Shown: in pieces, positions 56,810-64,000 of the stretch
How positions within the stretch are numbered: position 1 is the first letter of the stretch
How the letters are laid out: each line of letters begins with the position of its first letter
Source: an uncultured Planctomycetia bacterium
Lineage (GTDB): Bacteria; Omnitrophota; Gorgyraeia; 2-01-FULL-45-10
Assembly (NCBI GenBank): GCA_964352425.1
Contig: CAYGRZ010000001.1
Span: 64,672 to 128,671, forward strand
Length of the DNA: 64,000 bases
Reading direction: 5' to 3'
Position numbers and translations under genes: made by a program
Notes under the pieces: model-generated
What the model was told of the DNA's origin: nothing
Databases searched by the model: none
Seen by the model: the letters and a program-made list of their open reading frames with translations, nothing else

Positions 56810-59008
56810 ATGGATATGACGGAAGAAAAGTCCGACATAGAACAGATCCTGGCGCGCGTCAAGGCCGAGGAACCCGTCCGCGGAAAACTGAAGATATTTT
56901 TCGGTGCCATGGCCGGGGTGGGGAAGACCTACTCCATGCTCGAAGCCGCACGGGTGCGCAAGAAGGAAGGTGTCGACGTGGTTGCCGGTTATGTGGAAAC
57001 GCATAAGCGTGCCGAAACCGATGCCCTTCTTGAAGGGCTGGAGATCCTGCCCGTACAGACGGTCGCCTACAAGAATATCGAGATACGTGAATTTGATATC
57101 GATGCCGCCCTCAAGCGGCACCCTTCACTCATTTTGGTTGATGAGCTGGCGCATTCGAACGCTCCCGGTTCGCGCCATGTGAAACGCTGGCAGGACGTCG
57201 AGGAGCTGCTTGACGCGGGGATCGACGTATATACGACCATGAATGTCCAGCACCTTGAAAGCGCGAATGACGTTGTTGCCCAAATCACCGGCGTGACCGT
57301 ACGGGAAACGATCCCCGATACGTTTGTGGAGAAGGCGGATGATCTGGAGCTTGTCGACCTGCCGCCCGAGGACCTTCTGAACCGCCTCAAGGAAGGCAAG
57401 GTATACCTCGGTGAACAGGCCGAGCGGGCGATCCAGAATTTCTTCCAGATAGGCAACCTTATCGCTTTACGCCAATTGGCCCTGCAGTATACCTCCAAGA
57501 TCGTAGACGCTAAGATGCGTTCCTATAAACAGGCCTATTCCATATCAAAGGTCTGGGGCGTCAAAGACCGCTTCCTGGTGTCCATCAGTCCAAGCCCCCG
57601 CGCCGTGCGATTGATCCGCGCCGGAAAGCGTATAGCTTCAAGCCTTGGCGTCGAATGGATCGTCGCCTTTGTCGAATCACCGGCTCAGGTCTACAGCAGG
57701 AAAGACAGGGCCACTACTGCCGAGATGATGCGGCTGGCCGAAAAATTGGGCGCCGAGACAGTGACGCTCAGCGGGCACAATGTCGCCGATACATTGATAG
57801 CATTCGCCCGTTCGCGTAATATAACAAAGATCGTAGCGGGAAAATCTGAAAGACGCCGCTGGCAGGAGATAATATTCGGGTCGGTGATCAATGAGCTTGC
57901 CAGGAAGTGCGGCGAAATAGACCTCTATCTTATCAGCGGGGAAACGCAGGGACAGCCTGTAAAATTTGATCTGCGGCGCCCGAAGCCTTTTTCGTGGAAA
58001 GGCCTCATCTGGGCCTTTGCGATCGTCGCTCTGTGCACCATCATGGGAAGGATGTTATCCCGGTACCTGAACATCGAAAATGTAGTAATGATATACTTGC
58101 TGGGCGTTGTGTGGATCGCGTACAGGCATGGCCTCAGGGCGTCGGCCATTGCGGCTTTTTTCAGCGTGCTGTCCTTCGATTATTTCTTTGTGCCGCCATT
58201 CTTCAGATTTGTTGTAGATGATGTCGAGAAGGATCTCATAACTTTTGCTGTCATGCTTATTGTCGGCGTTACGATAAGCGTCTTAACAGGCCGTCTAAGC
58301 CAGCAGACCGCTGCCATGCGGCTGCGGGAAAACAGGACGCAGGCCCTTTACAATCTGAGCCGTGACCTGGCAAGGACATCTAACCCCGATGAATTGTTTG
58401 AAATAGGAGGGCTCCATATACAGAAGATCTTTAGATGCCCTGTTGCTGTTTTTTCTTATGATAAGAAGAGAGGGATTGAGGCGCGTTTCGATAATTCAAA
58501 AGGTATCGCCGCCACGGAAAATGAGCAGGCTGTCGCCCACTGGGCATACCAGCACGAAAAGATAGCGGGCAGGGATACGGACACCCTCCCCGGGTCAAGA
58601 GGCTTATACCTGCCGCTTGCCGGCGCTGAAAAAGTGGTGGGGGTCATCGCCCTTTTCCCGAGAGAAGAGAAGCAATTTACAGACCCGGAGCAATTGCATA
58701 TGCTTGAGATGTATGTGAGCCAGACTGCGCTTGCAGTTGAGGGAGCGCAACTCGCTGCTGCGGCTGTCAAGGCAGAGTCCGATATCGAACATGAACGCCT
58801 GCGCAACATGCTTTTAAGCACATTCTCTTTTGATCTCCCTGCACCGTTAAAGGCTATCTCGAAAGCCGCATCGGATCTGTTACTGCAGGCAAATATCAAT
58901 GACCAGTCAAAACGGAATGATCTGATACAGAAGATCAAGGCCGAGGCTGAGCGTCTGAATAAACTGTCCCAAGAGATGACGGATATCATCAGCTCGGATA
59001 AGCAATAG
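56810..59008 (+). CDS. kdpD: KdpD-like sensor lacking the phosphoacceptor His and the HATPase domain
   Basis: GVGKTYSML, VDELAH, Usp, TM and GAF regions present; H-box reads SFDLPAPL; protein ends after the DHp helices. Confidence 0.88.
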   Translation: MDMTEEKSDIEQILARVKAEEPVRGKLKIFFGAMAGVGKTYSMLEAARVRKKEGVDVVAGYVETHKRAETDALLEGLEILPVQTVAYKNIEIREFDIDAALKRHPSLILVDELAHSNAPGSRHVKRWQDVEELLDAGIDVYTTMNVQHLESANDVVAQITGVTVRETIPDTFVEKADDLELVDLPPEDLLNRLKEGKVYLGEQAERAIQNFFQIGNLIALRQLALQYTSKIVDAKMRSYKQAYSISKVWGVKDRFLVSISPSPRAVRLIRAGKRIASSLGVEWIVAFVESPAQVYSRKDRATTAEMMRLAEKLGAETVTLSGHNVADTLIAFARSRNITKIVAGKSERRRWQEIIFGSVINELARKCGEIDLYLISGETQGQPVKFDLRRPKPFSWKGLIWAFAIVALCTIMGRMLSRYLNIENVVMIYLLGVVWIAYRHGLRASAIAAFFSVLSFDYFFVPPFFRFVVDDVEKDLITFAVMLIVGVTISVLTGRLSQQTAAMRLRENRTQALYNLSRDLARTSNPDELFEIGGLHIQKIFRCPVAVFSYDKKRGIEARFDNSKGIAATENEQAVAHWAYQHEKIAGRDTDTLPGSRGLYLPLAGAEKVVGVIALFPREEKQFTDPEQLHMLEMYVSQTALAVEGAQLAAAAVKAESDIEHERLRNMLLSTFSFDLPAPLKAISKAASDLLLQANINDQSKRNDLIQKIKAEAERLNKLSQEMTDIISSDKQ

Positions 59009-59092
59009 CTGTAGCGATTGTGCGTAATTATTGTTGAGCGGTACAATGTTGTGTGTTAGTATATCTTTGATAGTTAATATAACTAGAAAGAC

Positions 59093-59147
59093 ATGGCGGG
59101 TTGGAGCCATCGGGGCCCACCTAGCAATAATGGTGGGCTTCTTTTTT
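59093..59147 (+). promoter_or_regulatory. Candidate riboswitch (Na+-I/DUF1646-like) with terminator
   Basis: atggc-GGGTTGGA-gccat-CGGG, then gcccacc/ggtgggc followed by ttctttttt, upstream of antiporter genes. Confidence 0.5.
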
Positions 59148-59185
59148 AATAGCTGTATGAATTATAGGGCAAGGAATGTATCGGC

Positions 59186-60631
59186 ATGAACCCTAAGATT
59201 ATTTTACTGGCAGCGGTTTTCGTTCCGATTACAGGCTCATTCTTTCTTCCTGTTATCGGCAGGCTGTCTGAGCGCATCAGGAACTTTTGCGCACTCGGCC
59301 TTGTGCTCACATCCCTGATCGCCTCGTGCACGCTTATACCATCGGTCCTGTCCGGCAATACCACAACGTTCACCCTGAACCTGCCCTTAGGATTCAATCT
59401 CATCCTTACCGCTGACTGCCTTGCAGTCTTCATGGCCATAACATCGTCGCTTATCGGTGCTATCATAGTCCTATACTCTTTTGATTACATCAGCCACTAC
59501 GACAACCGCAACGAGTACTACTTCATGGTCGCGCTCTTCCTCGGCTCGATGATGGGCATCGTCTTTTCGGGCAATCTCATATTCCTGTATATATTCTGGG
59601 AGATCACCGCGCTGGCGAGCTGGCGGCTCATCGGGTTCTTCAGGGAAAAGCGTTATGTCATGAAGGCGGACAAGGCCTTCCTCGTCACCGTTTCCGGCGC
59701 CCTGGCAATGCTGATCGGATTCATCATCATATTCTCCCAGACAGGGTCGTTCGACCTTGCCGTCATCCGACAGGGCCTGCAGGGAAGGGCTCTTCCCAAT
59801 ATCGCTGTGCTCCTGATACTCTTCGGCATACTCTCGAAGTCAGCGACGCTTCCGTTCCACACGTGGCTGCCGGATGCCGGCGTCGCTCCGTCACCGGTGA
59901 CCGCGCTCCTGCATGCCGCCATCCTCGTAAAGATAGGCGTCTACGTATTCGCGCGGCTCTTCATAGCGACATTCACCGTAAGCGCGATATGGCACACCGT
60001 GATCCCTGTCATAGCAGCCGTAAGCGCTCTCGTATCTGCCGGCGCCGCGCTTGTAGAAACGGATATGAAGCGCATAATCGCGTATTCGACCGTGAGCCAG
60101 ATCGCCTTCATATTTTTGGGGTTTGCCGTGGGCAACGAAGTCGGCATCGCCGGCGCTCTCCTGTATATACTGATGCACGGCCTGGCAAAGGGGGGACTCT
60201 TCCTGTGCGCAGGCATAGTCGAGCAGAACACGCACACCAAAGACATAACGAAGATGGGAGGCCTCATCACGACGATGCCGGTGACGGCCATATCATTCCT
60301 TGCCTGTGCATTCTCTGTCATGGGCATACCGCCGTTCGGCGGCTTCTTCTCAAAATACCTGGTCTTTTCCGGCGCTGTTACAGCCGATCATATGTGGATA
60401 ACGATCACGTTCCTTTTTGGCGCGGTCCTGACCATACTCTACCTCTTTCGGATATTTAACCACATATTCCTGTATGCGAACGATTCACAGACGCTCGATG
60501 CAAAGGAGGGGTCGCGCGTGATGGTCGCCTCGGTCGCCATCCTCGCGGTGCTGTCACTTGCGTGCGGTATCTATATACAATATCCGGCGGGTTTCGTCCA
60601 GACGACTGTCAAATATATGCTGGGTCTATAA
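59186..60631 (+). CDS. Mrp/NuoL-type proton-conducting antiporter-like subunit
   Basis: YIFWE, KSATLPFHTWLPDA, ALLHAA, IAYSTVSQ and GFFSK motifs. Confidence 0.9.
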   Translation: MNPKIILLAAVFVPITGSFFLPVIGRLSERIRNFCALGLVLTSLIASCTLIPSVLSGNTTTFTLNLPLGFNLILTADCLAVFMAITSSLIGAIIVLYSFDYISHYDNRNEYYFMVALFLGSMMGIVFSGNLIFLYIFWEITALASWRLIGFFREKRYVMKADKAFLVTVSGALAMLIGFIIIFSQTGSFDLAVIRQGLQGRALPNIAVLLILFGILSKSATLPFHTWLPDAGVAPSPVTALLHAAILVKIGVYVFARLFIATFTVSAIWHTVIPVIAAVSALVSAGAALVETDMKRIIAYSTVSQIAFIFLGFAVGNEVGIAGALLYILMHGLAKGGLFLCAGIVEQNTHTKDITKMGGLITTMPVTAISFLACAFSVMGIPPFGGFFSKYLVFSGAVTADHMWITITFLFGAVLTILYLFRIFNHIFLYANDSQTLDAKEGSRVMVASVAILAVLSLACGIYIQYPAGFVQTTVKYMLGL

Positions 60632-60634
60632 AAT

Positions 60635-62452
60635 ATGAATATACTATTATTGCCCATCCTGTTACCGCTGGCCGCGGGCATCATAGCGCTCGTCATCCCG
60701 AGAAAGCTCAAAGAAGCATGGGTGCTCACGGTAACAGTGGTGAACATGGCGCTTGCCATATTCCTGTATGCAAAGAGGCTTGCCTTTACACTGCCGTGGG
60801 CTGGATCCGGCATTGAATTATCGCTGCGGCTCTACCACTTTAGCGCATTCATCATGCTTGCCACAGCCTTCTTTGGACTGCTCGTCGCACTCTATGCTAC
60901 GGCATCGCTTCGCGATAAAGGTTATGCGAAACAGTTCTTCGCATACCTTTTGCTCACCATCGGTCTTGCAAACGGCGCCGTCCTTGCCGACAACCTTGTC
61001 GCAATGCTCTTCTTCCTTGAGGGGCTTCTCGTAACGACGTTCGGCATGATCGCGATAGGCAGAAAAGAGGCGTTCAAGGCCGCCACGAAGGCATTTATTA
61101 TCATCGGTGTGGGCGACCTGTGCATGATGGTCGGCATAGCCCTGTGCGGCCACATAGGCGGCACGCTTACCATATCAAAACTCAGCATCGCGACCAGCGG
61201 CCTTGGCGGCCTGGCATTCATATTGATGATGATCGGCGCCCTCGGAAAGTCCGGATCCATGCCGCTCCATACATGGATACCGGATGCCGCGACTGAGGCG
61301 CCGCTGCCTTTCATGGCTATGCTGCCCGGCGCAATGGAGAAACTTGTGGGCATTTATCTATTGACCAGGATATCGCTCGACATCTTCAGGCTTTCGCCGC
61401 ATTCCTGGGCCAGCATGACGCTCATGATCATAGGCGCCGTCACGATCGTGGGCGCTGTCATGATGGCGCTCATCCAGAAGGACTATAAGAGGCTCCTGTC
61501 CTATCACGCCATAAGCCAGCTCGGTTACATGATACTGGGAATTGGGACTCTCGTGCCGGCAGGTATCGTTGGCGGGCTATTCCACATGATCAACAATGCC
61601 CTCTATAAGAGCTGCCTGTTCCTCACCGGCGGCTCCGTAGAGAAACAGGCCGGCACAACGAATCTCGAGGAGCTCGGCGGGCTAGGGAAGATGATGCCGG
61701 TCACATTCGGCTGCTTCATCATCACGGCGCTGGCGATATCCGGCGTGCCGCCGTTCAACGGATTCTTCTCGAAAGAGCTTGTCTATGACGGCGCGCTGGA
61801 AAGAGGCCGTATCTTCTATATTGCCGCTGTCCTCGGATCATTCCTGACAGCTGCGTCGTTCTTGAAACTCGGCCACGCCGCTTTTTTGGGAAGACCGAAC
61901 AGGGAAGGGGTAAGGGAAGCGCCGCTCGCGATGCTCGTGCCGATGATCATTATAGCGGCCTTATGCATCGTATTCGGCGTCTGGAATGCGCTTCCGCTTA
62001 AACTTTTCATCCAGCCGATACTGGGTGAGAGGCTTGCAGGCCATGATTACTCCGGAATGCACGTGAACATTATGCTCACCACCATCACTATCATTGTTCT
62101 TCTCGGCGCGCTCGCAAATCACCTCTACGGCGCAAAGAAGACCGGCAGCGGGCTTAAGGCAGCCGACCATATACATTACGCGCCATTTCTGCATCCGCTA
62201 TACGATAAGGCGGAGAAGGGGAAACTCGACCCCTACAATATTGGGATGGGCTTTACGAGCATGTTCGCGGCAGCCGCCTCATGGTGTGACGGCGCGATAA
62301 ACTGGGTCTACGACGACCTGGCCCCGGGCGCAACCGGCGCCATAAGCGCCGCGATACGGAAGTTGCATGACGGAAGTTACCGGACGTACATACTATGGTC
62401 GGTGGCCGCTCTCGCTATCGTAGTCATCGTGATGCTGAACGGATTAAGGTGA
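60635..62452 (+). CDS. Mrp/NuoL-type antiporter-like subunit
   Basis: PLHTWIPDA, KRLLSYHAISQ and PPFNGFFSKE motifs. Confidence 0.9.
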   Translation: MNILLLPILLPLAAGIIALVIPRKLKEAWVLTVTVVNMALAIFLYAKRLAFTLPWAGSGIELSLRLYHFSAFIMLATAFFGLLVALYATASLRDKGYAKQFFAYLLLTIGLANGAVLADNLVAMLFFLEGLLVTTFGMIAIGRKEAFKAATKAFIIIGVGDLCMMVGIALCGHIGGTLTISKLSIATSGLGGLAFILMMIGALGKSGSMPLHTWIPDAATEAPLPFMAMLPGAMEKLVGIYLLTRISLDIFRLSPHSWASMTLMIIGAVTIVGAVMMALIQKDYKRLLSYHAISQLGYMILGIGTLVPAGIVGGLFHMINNALYKSCLFLTGGSVEKQAGTTNLEELGGLGKMMPVTFGCFIITALAISGVPPFNGFFSKELVYDGALERGRIFYIAAVLGSFLTAASFLKLGHAAFLGRPNREGVREAPLAMLVPMIIIAALCIVFGVWNALPLKLFIQPILGERLAGHDYSGMHVNIMLTTITIIVLLGALANHLYGAKKTGSGLKAADHIHYAPFLHPLYDKAEKGKLDPYNIGMGFTSMFAAAASWCDGAINWVYDDLAPGATGAISAAIRKLHDGSYRTYILWSVAALAIVVIVMLNGLR

Positions 62453-62457
62453 CATAA

Positions 62458-63888
62458 ATGCCATCACTGCTCATACTGATACCGCTTTTCGGGATAGTGA
62501 TACTGAACCTTCCGTTCGGAAATGTAATGAGAAGGCTGGCGTTCTGGTTCGCATTCTCGATCTTCACCACCCAGATAATCCTGGCCATGACCCACCAGCC
62601 GATATTCTGGGGCAATGAGCTCGAGCAGATGGACGCGTTCTTCCACGTCAATTTCTCGATCGATCATCTGAGCTTTATAATGCTTCTCTGTATCGGCATC
62701 GTGTCGATCGCGAGCCTCTTAGTCACGCGAAACACCGTCCACGACCTTAAGGAGCGTTTCAAATTCATAAACCTGCTGATCATCACATCAATAGGGATGT
62801 GCGGCATCGTCATGGTGACCGACATATTCACGCTCTATGTATTCCTGGAGATCACCGCGATAGCGTCATTCATCCTGATAGCGTTCGAGAAAGACGTATA
62901 TGCCCTCGAAGGGGCCTTCAAATATATGATACTCTCGGCGGTGGCGACCGTCATGATGCTCGCATCGATCGCGCTCCTGCTGCTTGCCTCCGGAAGCACG
63001 TCGTTCGCGGATATTTCCACCGCATTACAGTCGGCCGACAATAACCTGATGCTCGTGGCTGTAGCCCTCTTCATCTGCGGCCTCTTCATAAAGGGAGGGC
63101 TGGTACCTTTCCACGGATGGGTGCCCGACGCGTATACCGCCGCCTCACCGGCAGTATCGGTGCTGCTGGCAGGCATCGTGACCAAGGTCGCGGGCATATA
63201 TACACTCATGCGGGTCGTGACCTCCATATTCGGTTTCGGCGCGAACATCAAGGCGCTCCTCATGGTGTTCGGGACCATATCGATAATCGTCGGCGCGTTC
63301 GCGGCGATAGGGCAGAAGGACTTCAAGCGCATGCTCGCATACTCGAGCATCAGCCAGGTCGGATATATCGTGCTGGGCTTCGGTTGCGGCACCGCGCTCG
63401 GAATAGCGGGCGCGGTCTTCCACCTCTTCAACCATTCGATATTCAAGTCGCTCCTCTTCGTGAACTCGGCCGCGATCGAAACGCGCCTCGGCACGACCGA
63501 CATGGATAAGATGGGAGGCCTCTCCGCCAGGATGCCGTTCACGGGTGCGACATCGGTAATAGGGATGCTCTCGGCCGCCGGCATACCGCCTCTTTCGGGA
63601 TTCTGGTCAAAGCTTATCATTATAATCGCGCTGTGGCAGGCACAGCACACGGCGTACGCCGCGATCGCGGTCGGCGCGAGCATACTGACGCTGGCATATC
63701 TCCTGGTCATGCAGCGGAAGGTCTTCTTCGGCAAACTCGGCCCCGGCCTCGAGGACACGGTCGAAGCCCGGCCCGGGATAACGGCCGCCGCTGTCATGCT
63801 TGCGGCTATCCTGGTCGGCACGGGCGTATTTTTCCCGGCGGCCTACAGAATTTTTATAGTCCCCATCCAGGAGATGCTCATAAAATGA
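62458..63888 (+). CDS. MrpD/NuoN-type antiporter-like subunit
   Basis: YVFLE, KGGLVPFHGWVPDAY, KRMLAYSSISQ and GFWSK motifs. Confidence 0.9.
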   Translation: MPSLLILIPLFGIVILNLPFGNVMRRLAFWFAFSIFTTQIILAMTHQPIFWGNELEQMDAFFHVNFSIDHLSFIMLLCIGIVSIASLLVTRNTVHDLKERFKFINLLIITSIGMCGIVMVTDIFTLYVFLEITAIASFILIAFEKDVYALEGAFKYMILSAVATVMMLASIALLLLASGSTSFADISTALQSADNNLMLVAVALFICGLFIKGGLVPFHGWVPDAYTAASPAVSVLLAGIVTKVAGIYTLMRVVTSIFGFGANIKALLMVFGTISIIVGAFAAIGQKDFKRMLAYSSISQVGYIVLGFGCGTALGIAGAVFHLFNHSIFKSLLFVNSAAIETRLGTTDMDKMGGLSARMPFTGATSVIGMLSAAGIPPLSGFWSKLIIIIALWQAQHTAYAAIAVGASILTLAYLLVMQRKVFFGKLGPGLEDTVEARPGITAAAVMLAAILVGTGVFFPAAYRIFIVPIQEMLIK

Positions 63889-64000
63889 CAGCGGGACATA
63901 TAACGATAGATACGGTCCTCCTCGTGGCGATGATGATTGCCGCGCTATGGACGGTCATGGGCAGAAGCCTCCTCAAGGCGGCCATAGGCCTTGCCGTCAC
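63885..64000 (+). CDS. DUF4040/MnhB-related small membrane subunit (3' truncated by window)
   Basis: Manual translation MTAGHITIDTVLLVAMMIAALWTVMGRSLLKAAIGLAV; ATGA overlap with the previous gene. Confidence 0.65.
   Translation, partial: MTAGHITIDTVLLVAMMIAALWTVMGRSLLKAAIGLAV

Noticed and set aside
464-63821. Many long antisense or alternate-frame ORFs in the track (e.g. 2501-3394, 6913-7938, 15634-16854, 62835-63821)
   Set aside because: They overlap well-supported genes and have no recognisable motifs; expected shadow ORFs in GC-rich DNA

Overview
GC-rich bacterial chromosome segment with almost all genes on the + strand. It is probably from the PVC superphylum (Omnitrophota-like), since it carries the PVC small basic protein, a TIGR04073-type protein and many stand-alone PilZ proteins. 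The 1-35 kb region holds housekeeping and signalling genes (pfkA end, gmhA/rfaE2, thiamine genes, tRNA-Gly, nucleotide metabolism, helicase-nuclease, aroB, exeAB, panD, def). Several families of palindromic, partly nested REP/MITE-like repeats sit in its intergenic spaces. The 35.5-52 kb region is a nitrogen-assimilation island: GAF-ANTAR, nadE, an alternative sigma factor, a truncated PEP-synthase-like protein, amtB-glnK, type III glnA, a Fis-like protein and gltBD. Four leaders in it carry ANTAR-type hexaloop hairpins overlapping terminators. The amtB and glnA leaders also share a non-sigma70 motif, GGTTACC-N16-TACTTGTA-N4-TGTAAG. Together these suggest an ANTAR -> sigma factor feed-forward nitrogen circuit, the best candidate here for an undescribed system. 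The 52-64 kb region holds kdpFABC with a kinase-dead KdpD and no kdpE, a candidate Na+ riboswitch, and Mrp-type antiporter subunits. All calls come from motif recognition by eye; no database searches were run.
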